From positions 640,001 through 704,000 of the forward strand of contig CAVZZA010000005.1 of assembly GCA_963779615.1 (NCBI GenBank): 64,000 bases of DNA, written 5' to 3'. Positions 43,018-52,989 of this stretch are shown piece after piece (the stretch's first letter is position 1; each line of letters begins with the position of its first letter). A model generated the notes under the pieces. The model was not told the DNA's origin, did no database searches, and worked only from the letters and a program-made list of their open reading frames with translations. This DNA comes from an uncultured Nitrososphaeraceae archaeon. GTDB taxonomy: Archaea > Thermoproteota > Nitrososphaeria > Nitrososphaerales > Nitrososphaeraceae. The translations under genes and the position numbers were made by a program.

Positions 43018-44169
43018 ATGTCAAAAAGCCACAGAAAAGACACATTACCCACAGACATACCAGCACATGAGTTGCCATCAGCAGAGCCTTTGGGCGCACT
43101 GGAGCCCATTGCTTTCTTTAATGACGCAATGCCAACAGGTGTGACGGTATCGCATAGGGGACGAATTTTTGTGAACTTTCCAAAATGGGGAGACAATGTC
43201 AAGTTTACTGTCGCGGAGATTATCGATGGTGAGGCGGTAGCCTATCCGGATGAATCAATAAACAAAACTAACCATGAAGATCAGGCCTCAACACTGGTGT
43301 CTGTGCAGTCGGTTGTAGTCGATCCGGCAGACCGGTTATGGATTCTTGACACTGGCAGCCCATTGTTTAAGCCTACAGAATATGGAGGTCCAAAGATGGT
43401 TTGTGTGGACCTAAACACGAACACGGTGACAAAAAAGATTCTGTTTCCACAGGCTGTTGCTTTACCTACCACCTACCTGAATGACGTTCGCTTTGATTTG
43501 CGCCGAGGCGATGAGGGCATGGCTTTCATAACAGACTCGTCTCAAAAGGGTCCAAACGGCATTATCATAGTTGACTTGGCGTCTGGCCAAAGCTGGCGTC
43601 GGCTAAACGATCACCCATCAACTAAAACAGAAGACATGCAGACCTTTCTTCCTTTGGTAGAGGGAAGACCATTCCTTGAACAGCGGCAAAATGGATCAGT
43701 GATGCATGGCGCCAGCATGGGCGCTGACGGCATCGCCATTAGTTCTGACGGAACCCGTCTGTATTACTGTCCGCTTGGCAGTCGCAGGCTATACAGTGTG
43801 TCAACAGACGCACTTGTTAACCGCAATATATCCGAACGAGAGGTCGCAGCCACCGTAAATGATTATGGTGACAGGGGTGGCGCCTCTGATGGGCTTGAGT
43901 CAGACTCGGAGGGAAACATATACTCAACAAACTATGAGCACAACGCCATACTCCGTCGTCGGCATTCAGACGGGTTGTGGGAGACCTTGGCATATGACCC
44001 CCGTCTGTTGTGGCCAGACACACTATCCCTTGCAACGGATGGGCACCTCTATGTAACGGCAAATCAACTGCACCGTCAAGCGCGTTTTAACAGGGGCAAT
44101 GACCTTCGACGAAAGCCATACACGTTGTTCCGCATTCGCCTAGGCATTCAACCGGTGTTGTTAAGGTAA
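43018..44169 (+). CDS. Major royal jelly / Yellow (L-dopachrome tautomerase-related) beta-propeller protein
   Basis: PTGVTVSHRGRIFVNFP, SVQSVVVD...LWILDTG, YLNDVRFD, GADGIAIS and LWPDTL motifs. Probable start ATG 43018; the upstream extension looks non-coding. Confidence 0.85.
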   Translation: MSKSHRKDTLPTDIPAHELPSAEPLGALEPIAFFNDAMPTGVTVSHRGRIFVNFPKWGDNVKFTVAEIIDGEAVAYPDESINKTNHEDQASTLVSVQSVVVDPADRLWILDTGSPLFKPTEYGGPKMVCVDLNTNTVTKKILFPQAVALPTTYLNDVRFDLRRGDEGMAFITDSSQKGPNGIIIVDLASGQSWRRLNDHPSTKTEDMQTFLPLVEGRPFLEQRQNGSVMHGASMGADGIAISSDGTRLYYCPLGSRRLYSVSTDALVNRNISEREVAATVNDYGDRGGASDGLESDSEGNIYSTNYEHNAILRRRHSDGLWETLAYDPRLLWPDTLSLATDGHLYVTANQLHRQARFNRGNDLRRKPYTLFRIRLGIQPVLLR

Positions 44170-44642
44170 TCACTTTAGTGAGGCTGCCTAAAATTGGCTG
44201 GCCAGCCAGTTTTGAATATTGACAGCCTGCTGCTGCCCTACTGGTCTGATATTCTTATACAATGACGGTGGTGGTGTGGTGTGGATTGTTCACCGTCGAT
44301 GGCATTTGTTGATTTTGGTTTCACAATCAAGAAACGTCTCAAGGGTATGCTGCCTGTGATGGCGATAACATTTCAAGTCGTATCTTCGACATACATAGGT
44401 TGATTTAAGGATAGAGGCTTTGCTGAAACCTGAGTTTATCAGCTATAAAGCTTTGTTTATCCCTTATGACTGTCTTTTAGTGTTTCATCCTTTCTAAAGT
44501 ATTTTATTATAGAGATTTGGGTTTTTTTCAAGGCCGTCCACCACCTTTTCAAGGTTCACTTTGACTTAATTCCATACTACAAACATGCGACATGTTAGCG
44601 ATGAAATAAGGTTTTTTATGTTTTGACAGACTATTACATAGG

Positions 44643-44960
44643 ATGGACAGAGGGCAAAAGATTATCATAATGGTGTCGATAGCGATAGTAAGCACTACTG
44701 CGGTTATTATAGGACTTGTTTCACCTGCGGCATACACGGAGCAATGCAAGCAAAAGGCCAGAGAATTAGTAAACAATCTGTACGAGATCGAGGGTGGTGA
44801 CAAACAGGATTTGCTTAAATCATTTGAACAGGGAAGCCTTTCAACTGCTGCTCAGAAAGATTTGCAAAATCTTAAGAAGGTGGTTGCGCAGTGTCCAGAA
44901 TTAAAATCAATGTCTCAGGAAGAGTTGGGTGCTGATGTTTCTGTTCTTGGGCGGATATAG
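44643..44960 (+). CDS. Hypothetical N-terminally anchored or secreted small helical protein
   Basis: Hydrophobic N-terminus IIIMVSIAIVSTTAVIIGLV and two Cys. Confidence 0.6.
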   Translation: MDRGQKIIIMVSIAIVSTTAVIIGLVSPAAYTEQCKQKARELVNNLYEIEGGDKQDLLKSFEQGSLSTAAQKDLQNLKKVVAQCPELKSMSQEELGADVSVLGRI

Positions 44961-45479
44961 GTTTTGATTAAGTAAAACGCAAAAGATGTTTTGGAGAACA
45001 AAGTGAATAAAGTAACAAAGCACCCTATTTGTCTTTAAATGAATGGATGGAGTGTGTCAAAGAAGGACTTTTTTCGCCAAAACCATAGTGGCTGATTTTA
45101 CGGGTATCTTTTAAGGTTGTCTTCATCACCGATAGTCTTGTGGCTGTCGTGGCTGCAATACCCCATGGATGTGTCCCCAATCTCAACCTTATTTTGTCGT
45201 ATAGGTAAAGGCTGTCAAGATGGTAAATCTTGAAATGTTGAGAAGTCTACCTCCTCTGCACATGACTTTGACCATGGCGAGTATCGAGGAGCATGTGTGT
45301 GTGTATGTGTTTTGTATAAACGCATACAGTCGATTGTGGATAGGGCATTGCCATACCCTGATTCATAGCAATCTTTTTTTCTTTTCAAGGGTTGTAGTTG
45401 TAGCCGTTTAGGTCGGCCGCGGCGGCAATCACATCTGCACAACCAAGTTTCCATAGCCAGTAAACAGGTTCCCTAAAAG

Positions 45480-46739
45480 TTATGGTAAAGACTTGGCTTG
45501 GATTGAGACGAGTTTGTCCGTACCTGATTCAGCCCCCCAGACATTGCCTGAACCACCATCACCATTATCTCCAAGTATCTGTCTCACATTTGCGCCTTGG
45601 CTTGGTATGGCGAAAACCTCAAAGGTTTCCTTAGAGGGATCAAAACGCACCAATGCATTTGCACCAAAGTCACTTAACCACACCATATCCTTTTTGTCCA
45701 CATACACTGCGTACGGCATAGGATTGTTTCCCGGAAGCCTCCACTCCTTCCACATGCCATCTTCAGGTTTATACATGCCAAGTTTCCCCGCATTCCACTC
45801 GCTCACCCAGATATGGCCCTGAGAATCAGACCATACACGTCTTGCGCCTTGATCGGGTGTAGGTGGCTCTATCACTGTGGCTTCTCCGGTGTCAGTGTCT
45901 ATACGCGCAATATAACTGCCAGCCAGTGACGCAAAATAAACTGTCCCGTTGGGGGTTGTATCTATGCCATAGGGCCCTGCACCTTTGGGTGCGTTAAATA
46001 TTTCCACATGCCCTGTTGAGGTATTTAGGCTACCGTAAATGCCGCTTTGACCGGTAAACCACAACATACCGTTTTTGTCAAAAGTAGCTGTATTCAAATT
46101 GGCATATCCTGTGCCCACAGGTAATGGGAATGTCTTTACACCTTCAGTGATAGGATCAACCCTGACTATGGCATTTAAACCACCGTCTGTAACCCAGGGA
46201 GACCCATCAGGTCCTACAATTACTCCATGAGGAGCAGACCCCAACCCTAGAGGTATATGGCGTGTTTTGCCGGTAGATGTGTCCAGTTTGCCTAATTCAC
46301 CCATGGCTTGGGCTGTATACCACACGATACTACTACTACCACCAGCAGAGGAAGAGGAAGAGGAAGAGGAAGGAGCAACGTCATGCGGATGAGAACCCAA
46401 CGGAACTGGAAATTCTTTAAGCGTTAGTCCATTGGATGATGGTGGTGGTGGTGGTGGTGTGACCGTACTGGAATTCTTGGTTGCCATCTCTGGTTTTTCT
46501 GAGGAATTAGAACCATTGGAAGTACTCAGCAAAGTATGGTCCACCTGATACAGAGAATTTTGTGGCGTATTTGAGGTTATATCAGATTTCCCCTTTTCAC
46601 CCGGATCACCCAATTGGTCTTGGTATTGCTGTACAGCATGAACAGATGGTATACCAAGGACTTGGAGTCCCTGGGGCACATCTAAAAAGAAAGAGAGAAA
46701 GAATGCCAAAATAAGCATCATCGAATATAATGATTGCAT
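45480..46739 (-). CDS. Secreted virginiamycin B lyase (Vgb)-like beta-propeller
   Basis: Signal peptide and low-complexity linker, then repeated blades HPHDVAP, APHGVIVGPDG, GPYGIDTTPNG, GARRVWSDSQG and PYAVYVD. Confidence 0.85.
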   Translation of the reverse strand: MQSLYSMMLILAFFLSFFLDVPQGLQVLGIPSVHAVQQYQDQLGDPGEKGKSDITSNTPQNSLYQVDHTLLSTSNGSNSSEKPEMATKNSSTVTPPPPPPSSNGLTLKEFPVPLGSHPHDVAPSSSSSSSSAGGSSSIVWYTAQAMGELGKLDTSTGKTRHIPLGLGSAPHGVIVGPDGSPWVTDGGLNAIVRVDPITEGVKTFPLPVGTGYANLNTATFDKNGMLWFTGQSGIYGSLNTSTGHVEIFNAPKGAGPYGIDTTPNGTVYFASLAGSYIARIDTDTGEATVIEPPTPDQGARRVWSDSQGHIWVSEWNAGKLGMYKPEDGMWKEWRLPGNNPMPYAVYVDKKDMVWLSDFGANALVRFDPSKETFEVFAIPSQGANVRQILGDNGDGGSGNVWGAESGTDKLVSIQAKSLP

Positions 46740-46909
46740 TATTTACTCAAATAATATTTCACATTATTGTATAAAAGTATGCATACTACACTAATACAAA
46801 AGCAAATCAGGAAAGAGAGGCAAAGCCAAGTGAATGGTTCTGTTCATTTCTTCGTTGTTATTTTTGGGTGTTCAAAAACGGGCGGTAAAACAAAAAATGG
46901 AAAGGAATA

Positions 46910-47083
46910 TTAACATTTTGGGCAATTGGTTTGATTGGTCTGATTATTCAAAGCAAATGCCTGATCATGGTCTAACATTCCTATTGCAGTTCCGATGGCA
47001 AACGTAATTGCCAAGCCGATTCCGAATGTAACAAGTTTGGGATGAGATGCTATTGCGTTTAAGATTTTGTCCTTTAAAGACAT
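46910..47083 (-). CDS. 57-aa secreted-peptide precursor (below ORF-track cutoff)
   Basis: Manual translation gives MSLKDKILNAIASHPKLVTFGIGLAITFAIGTAIGMLDHDQAFALNNQTNQTNCPKC*: hydrophobic core, AFA cleavage motif, T-rich sequence downstream. Confidence 0.75.
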   Translation of the reverse strand: MSLKDKILNAIASHPKLVTFGIGLAITFAIGTAIGMLDHDQAFALNNQTNQTNCPKC

Positions 47084-47395
47084 TTACACTTGAAATAAAA
47101 ACGGAATATTCAAGGCTACTATTGGAAAAAAATTTATTTGTGAATTAAGTTTAATAAACTCACTACACAATCAGAGTGGTGATAGTGCTTTTCTTCCTGG
47201 TTAAATGAAACTGGGATTGTGTACCAATTTTCAATGCTCATTTTTATTGGGTTGATGTTGCATGGCAAGACTGTGGATTTGTTATTCCCCGATTGACAAG
47301 TTCCAATTGGTGAACATTACTTGGTTATTCACAATGAAATCAAATTATGTTGACAGGCCAATATTTCAAATGTATTTGAAGCTAATTTTCCAGCA

Positions 47396-48442
47396 ATGCA
47401 TAAAAGAATTAACTACCAATTGATGATTATACTCGTTATAGCAATATCTACAGTATCAGTACCTGCCCTATTCTCAAATCCGAATCAACAGCAAGAAAAA
47501 CAACAGCAACAGCAAAAATCGGCATATGCTGCAAGCCTCACCTCGGACTTGAAGCAGGAAATCAAACAGCAAATGATGAAGCAGGACAGTTCATGCCCCC
47601 CCATGTCTGATGGGTGTAAAACAGCAGCAACAACCACAAAAGGTCAACAGACAACCAGCAACAATGGTACAGGGGTTGGTTTTAATGGTCAAGGTGACAA
47701 CCAGGGACAATTTGCTGCCTCCACCATTATATCAAAACCCCCATTAACGGGCAATAACACTGCAACACCATCTATAGGCACTTTGACAGTGAACAAACAC
47801 GTCAAATGCAATTTTACTTCTGGGTGCCCCACCGCAGACAAATTCAATATTTCAGTACCCACAAGCAACGGGTCCTCCCTTTCCTTTAACGGGTCAGAGA
47901 GCGGAATATCCTTAAGGATAAACCCGCCATTTTCTGTTTCCTATCAGGTAACAGAGAACAATCCGCCGCATGGGTTTGTTGCAGGCACTATGCCGCTTCC
48001 TGCAGGCTCTGCACCCTTTGGCATGGCCTTTAACCCAAACAACGGAAACATGTATGTGACAAACTTCAACAGTGACTCTGTCTCTGTGATAAACCCCTCA
48101 ACAAATACTGCTGTAGCTACCATACCTGTGGGCTCTGCACCCTTTGGCATTGCCTTTAACCCAAACAACGGAAACATGTATGTGACAAATGCCGGAGGCA
48201 ACACCGTCTCTGTGATAAACCCCTCAACAAACACCTTTATTTCCACCATACCTGTGGGCTCTGCACCCTTTGGCATTGCCTTTAACCCAAACAACGGAAA
48301 CATGTATGTGACAAATGCCGGAGGTAAAACCATCTCAGTGATAGCACCCCTCACAACCACATATTCTGGTGGGTGCAATGGTACAATAGATGCAGGCCAA
48401 TCTTCCGCTATCTGCAACATAACCACCACCTATGGAAAATAA
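47396..48442 (+). CDS. Secreted YVTN-repeat protein with prealbumin-like domain and a degenerate array-type N-domain
   Basis: Signal peptide; TSDLKQEIKQ...QDSSC...C...GQQ...GFNGQGDN; GTLTVNKHV...YQVTE; three PFG[MI]AFNPNNGNMYVTN repeats; TTYSGGCNGTI...ICNIT. Confidence 0.85.
   Translation: MHKRINYQLMIILVIAISTVSVPALFSNPNQQQEKQQQQQKSAYAASLTSDLKQEIKQQMMKQDSSCPPMSDGCKTAATTTKGQQTTSNNGTGVGFNGQGDNQGQFAASTIISKPPLTGNNTATPSIGTLTVNKHVKCNFTSGCPTADKFNISVPTSNGSSLSFNGSESGISLRINPPFSVSYQVTENNPPHGFVAGTMPLPAGSAPFGMAFNPNNGNMYVTNFNSDSVSVINPSTNTAVATIPVGSAPFGIAFNPNNGNMYVTNAGGNTVSVINPSTNTFISTIPVGSAPFGIAFNPNNGNMYVTNAGGKTISVIAPLTTTYSGGCNGTIDAGQSSAICNITTTYGK
48005..48342 (+). repeat. Intragenic 126-bp tandem repeat (~2.7 units)
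   Basis: GGCTCTGCACCCTTTGGCAT starts at 48005, 48131 and 48257. Confidence 0.9.
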
Positions 48443-49199
48443 CTTCTTCCACCCTCCGTATTTTTTATTTGCAATAATCGGTTCCTGGACGCCTATACCA
48501 CAACCATGGCCTTTTAGCCCAAACTTGATTGCGCGTATAGTGGGTTAGCAATAATTTAACATAACACTGGCAGCAGGCTTTGACGAATAACGGATATTTT
48601 CTCCCATAGCTACAGAATTTATATGTTTATCAAACATCATCAAAAAATAAGCAAAATGACAGCAGGTGCCGTGCGACGGCAATCATTAATTTGATGATGA
48701 AACTTAATTCTTCCTACAGTTTCAAGAAAAATTGATATAGAAAAAAAGCAAAAAAACACCCACAGGGTTAATTAGGCATAACCAAGTAAAACTGCATTTG
48801 ACATGGGGCGAGACTGACCCGTCAGGATTGATTGATGTAGTGATGAAACAGCACAAAAAATGAAATTCAATGAAAAACACAACATGACATCAAAGAAACA
48901 CAACAACAACAACAACAACAGAATCATATTTGAGTTGTGTTCCAAACAGTGACCCAGAAAATATAGGGGATGTCAATGTGTTTTTTTCAAATGGTTAGAC
49001 TAATCACAGACATAAACAATAGACTATAAAATCAACCAACCAACCAACCAAAACGTCTTTTAATAACAAATCATGAAAAAATGGGATTTGAAAAGGTTTG
49101 TCATTGTTGCCCGGGACCCGGGACAACACATACGTACACCTAACATAAGCATGATATTGCAAGAATACGCAAACTGTTTGTTGTGTGCTGTTAATTTCA

Positions 49200-50470
49200 T
49201 CATGTGTTAAAGTTGTAGTTTAAAAGTTCACAGTATGATAGCTTTTCGGATGTCTTTTTTTCACCCTGGTCTATCAGTTCTTTTATTGTTTTGGGTGAAA
49301 AATCAGCGTTCTTTAGGGTTGTTGGCGACTCGACCTCTTTTCTGATTATTCTTGTGACTGACCTTATTTCGGCGCCGTATTTTTGTATCAGATTGTTGTA
49401 TTCCTCGTCAATCTTTTTTACCTCCCCGGCATCGATCTTGGATTTATCGGTAAAATTCTCAAAGACATCGTATAGTTTCTCTATAAGCTGTATGTGCCTG
49501 GTTATCAACTTGGACATTTGTATGTTGTACATGTCCTTATCGCTGAACAAAATGTCTTTGTACCGATTGGCAACTTCAACCATGTTTGTGGGGAGCCTAT
49601 CGATTTTTTGGGGGTAGTTCTCAACTATAAATATATTTTTGTCGTTTCTAGGCGACACATACAGAACCTCCCTTATGGGGGTATTGCTAAGCAGGCTGCC
49701 ATCCCAGGCGTATACGCCGTCTTCCACTTCAGTCCACGGAAACCCGTAAATTGGATAACCCGAACTGGCCAGAATGTGTTTTGCATTAATTTCAATTTGC
49801 GTGTTATCAAAAACAAGAGGCTTTCCGGTCATTACATCCACAGCGGTTATGATAAGCCGAAGAACAGACGGCAACGCCTCTTTTGTTGCGGCAAGGTTTA
49901 GTTTTTTGTAATCAATGTATTTGTCAAGTGTTTTTTCCAATGGGGAATTGTCATAAATATAGGTCCAGTTTTTGGGGTTGAAGGAATTTCCACCCATCAT
50001 CATGTCGCTTGTGGGTTCCTTATTATCACCCCCATCCCCCCCCACCACCACCATTGCTGCTGTTGCAGCTGCAGCCACCGTGGGACAAACATCTTTGGGA
50101 CCCCAAATACCGCAGCATTGGCAGAGGCAGACGATATTTTCTTTGTGACATACCTTTTGGCATGGCTATCCCAGTCATAGGTAAATACATCAGGGATGAT
50201 GTTTGCAGTGCTTTCCCCAAGCTCCATCCAAAAATCCTCAAGGTCTTTTTCCGGATGGTCGGTTTTGCTTCCTACAATTATCGCAGCGTTTACCGCTCCA
50301 ATCGAGGTACCGGCAGCTATATCTATCCTCACATTGTGCTTTACCAACGCCTTAAATGCGCCAACTGCAAAGGCCCCCAGGGACCCCCCACCTTGCATAA
50401 CAAGAACATTTTCCACATCTCTTGATTTTTTGTGTCTTTGGTGGCTCTCTTCCTTTATTCGATAACTCAT
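49200..50470 (-). CDS. Patatin-like phospholipase, frameshifted in a low-complexity tract near 50030-50080
   Basis: QGGGSLGAF and GTSIG in ORF 50000-50470; ASSG..P and WDGSLLSNTP in ORF 49200-50078. Confidence 0.85.
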
Positions 50471-50886
50471 CGATACAACACATTGTTTTTTTGGGGTAGT
50501 CTCTAAAATTAGTTGCTCATTTAATTTTTTTTACCATAGCTTTACGGTTGTTTTTTTTTGGGCAACAATCAAATTCCATCATAAGGGTAATCACCACATC
50601 AAGAAATGGAACAGGTGGGATCTACAATGCATATGCCCCATACGCCGATTAATTAATGGATGATTTGTTAATTTAGGATTTCAAAGGTCCGTATACATAT
50701 ACTGCATATGTATCATTATGGATTTTGCAATCAACAAACGAAACGTTGTCCAATCCCCAAAATAAAATAGCTGGTTCCTTTTTTTAAAAATTTTTTAAAA
50801 AAGATAGCGCCCTTTCTGTCTAATGTAGGGGTTGGAGTGAGTGAGGGGAAAGGAGGATGGGGAAGGAAAAGAGGGAAAAAAACAAA

Positions 50887-51399
50887 CTATTCAAGAACCG
50901 CAACCACATCATTTCTGGAAATGCTTTGGCCCTCCTTCACCTTCAGGTCCTTGATAACGCCATCCCTGGGGGATTTTATGGCTACCTGCATTTTCATGGA
51001 TTCCAGCACCACAATATTGTCGCCTTTTTTTACGGAATCGCCCTTGCCTATTGAAACCGATATGACTCTTCCCGGAATTTGGCTTGAGATGGAATTCTGT
51101 GATTGACCACCCCCACTGCGGCCTGCAGATTTTTCAATAATCTCGGCAAGCCGTGAGTGTTTTTTCAGCGTCAATGGATTTCCGTTCATCAGTATCTTCA
51201 GGTCAGTGCTTGTCGACTCTAGTATCCTTATCTCATAAAACGAGTTGTCAAAAATAAACTCAAAGGCATTGCCTTTAAAGCTGATTAGTTTCAGTCCATG
51301 GTCAATGCCCTCAATCCTTAGAATCAGGTTGTTGTCATTGTCAAACTTGACGATTTCGCCATGAAAGATTTTCCCAAGGTCATCAACTTTAATCTCCAT
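50887..51399 (-). CDS. accB: Biotin carboxyl carrier subunit of acetyl/propionyl-CoA carboxylase
   Basis: ESMKM biotinylation motif; overlaps the accC stop codon. Confidence 0.92.
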   Translation of the reverse strand: MEIKVDDLGKIFHGEIVKFDNDNNLILRIEGIDHGLKLISFKGNAFEFIFDNSFYEIRILESTSTDLKILMNGNPLTLKKHSRLAEIIEKSAGRSGGGQSQNSISSQIPGRVISVSIGKGDSVKKGDNIVVLESMKMQVAIKSPRDGVIKDLKVKEGQSISRNDVVAVLE

Positions 51400-52967
51400 C
51401 AGTTGTTTGCACCACCATATTTCCAGGAACTTTTGTTTGCAGACCTAATGTTTGCAGTTGCTGCTCCTCCTCCGCCTGCTGCTGCATTGGGGTTGTTGCT
51501 GCGGTTGCTATTGAGTTTCACGTATTCTGAATGAAGTATAACGGCAGCCACACCCGGCAACACTTTTGCCCCATCCTTATCCTTGAATTTGTTTTTTATT
51601 TCGCCATTCATCTTTTCGATTATGGAGAACCTGTCAAGATAGTCTGTGGATAATTCACCATTGATGAAATGACTGTCATTCATTATGGTTTTGTACAATG
51701 GAATAGTGGTATTTATTCCGTCAATAACGAACTCGTCAAGTGCATTGCTCATTCTTCGTCGGGATTCGTCAAAAGAGGAGCCCCATGCTATCAACTTTGC
51801 CACCAGAGAGTCATAAAATCCCGACACGGTGCAGCCAGGATACAGATAAGTGTCGACTCTTATTCCAGGGCCATAGGGCAAATTGCAGTAGGGCACCCTA
51901 CCAACTGAAGGGGCAAAATCATAAATTGGGTCCTCTGCGTTTATCCTGCATTCAATGGCAGCACCACTGAGTTTCAAATCCTCCTGCTTAAATGGTATCT
52001 CATCCCCACCTGCTATTGAAATCTGGAGTTTGACCAGGTCTGTTCCAGTCACCAGCTCGGTTACGGGATGCTCCACCTGAAGCCTGGAGTTGATTTCGAT
52101 AAAATAAAAATTCCCCTTGGGATCGCATAAAAATTCAGCGGTTCCGGCATTCAGGTAGTCAACCGCCACAGCGGCTTTTTTTGCTATCTCCCCAATCTCC
52201 TTTCTTTTCTCCGCGGTCATTATTGGGGATGGGGACATTTCAATTAGTTTTTGGTGCCTTCTTTGGATTGAGCACTCTCTTTCAAACAGGTGTCTGGTGT
52301 TTCCCTGGGAATCCCGTAGCAGTTGAAACTCTATGTGCCTTATCTTTTCAAGGAACTTTTCAACAAAAAGTGCAGATTTGCCGAATGCTGCCTTTGACTC
52401 GGCAGAGGCCATTTCAAACTCCTGCCGCAACTCCTTCTCGCTATTGGCAAGCCTGATTCCCCTACCGCCTCCACCGAATGCTGACTTTAACAGGACAGGG
52501 TATTCTGCCTCTGCTGCAATTTCCACTGCCTCATCGACATCCTCAACGACCCCATCACTTCCAGGCACTGTTGGGACTTCCGCCTGTTTCATGATTTCCT
52601 TGCATTTCATCTTATCGCCTGTTATTTCCATTGCATGGCTTTTTGGGCCAATAAAAACAATGTTATTCTTTTCACAAAGCAGCGCAAAGGTTTCGTTCTC
52701 AGAGAGAAACCCATAGCCTGGATGGATTGCATCCACACCGGATGAGATTGCAATCTCCATGATCTTGTCCATGTTCAAGTAGCTCTTGGATGGAGACGCA
52801 GGCCCGACATGGTATGCCTTATCAGCCCTTTTAACGTGTACTGAACTTACATCCTCGTCTGAAAATATCGCCACCGACTTGATTTCAAGCTCTTTGCAGG
52901 CCCTTACTACTCGCAGGGCGATTTCACCCCTGTTTGCGATTAATATGCTATTGATTGGCTTTGACAA
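51399..52967 (-). CDS. accC: Biotin carboxylase subunit of acetyl/propionyl-CoA carboxylase
   Basis: ILIANRGEIA, HPGYGFLSEN, GGGGRG, ERECSIQRRHQK and RLQVEHPVTE motifs. Confidence 0.95.
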   Translation of the reverse strand: MSKPINSILIANRGEIALRVVRACKELEIKSVAIFSDEDVSSVHVKRADKAYHVGPASPSKSYLNMDKIMEIAISSGVDAIHPGYGFLSENETFALLCEKNNIVFIGPKSHAMEITGDKMKCKEIMKQAEVPTVPGSDGVVEDVDEAVEIAAEAEYPVLLKSAFGGGGRGIRLANSEKELRQEFEMASAESKAAFGKSALFVEKFLEKIRHIEFQLLRDSQGNTRHLFERECSIQRRHQKLIEMSPSPIMTAEKRKEIGEIAKKAAVAVDYLNAGTAEFLCDPKGNFYFIEINSRLQVEHPVTELVTGTDLVKLQISIAGGDEIPFKQEDLKLSGAAIECRINAEDPIYDFAPSVGRVPYCNLPYGPGIRVDTYLYPGCTVSGFYDSLVAKLIAWGSSFDESRRRMSNALDEFVIDGINTTIPLYKTIMNDSHFINGELSTDYLDRFSIIEKMNGEIKNKFKDKDGAKVLPGVAAVILHSEYVKLNSNRSNNPNAAAGGGGAATANIRSANKSSWKYGGANN

Positions 52968-52989
52968 TTTACACCCACAACCCCCATGC

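Noticed and set aside
45480-46739. Antibiotic-resistance (vgb) assignment
   Set aside because: Only fold-level similarity is visible; secreted Vgb-like propellers are widespread and activity cannot be inferred.
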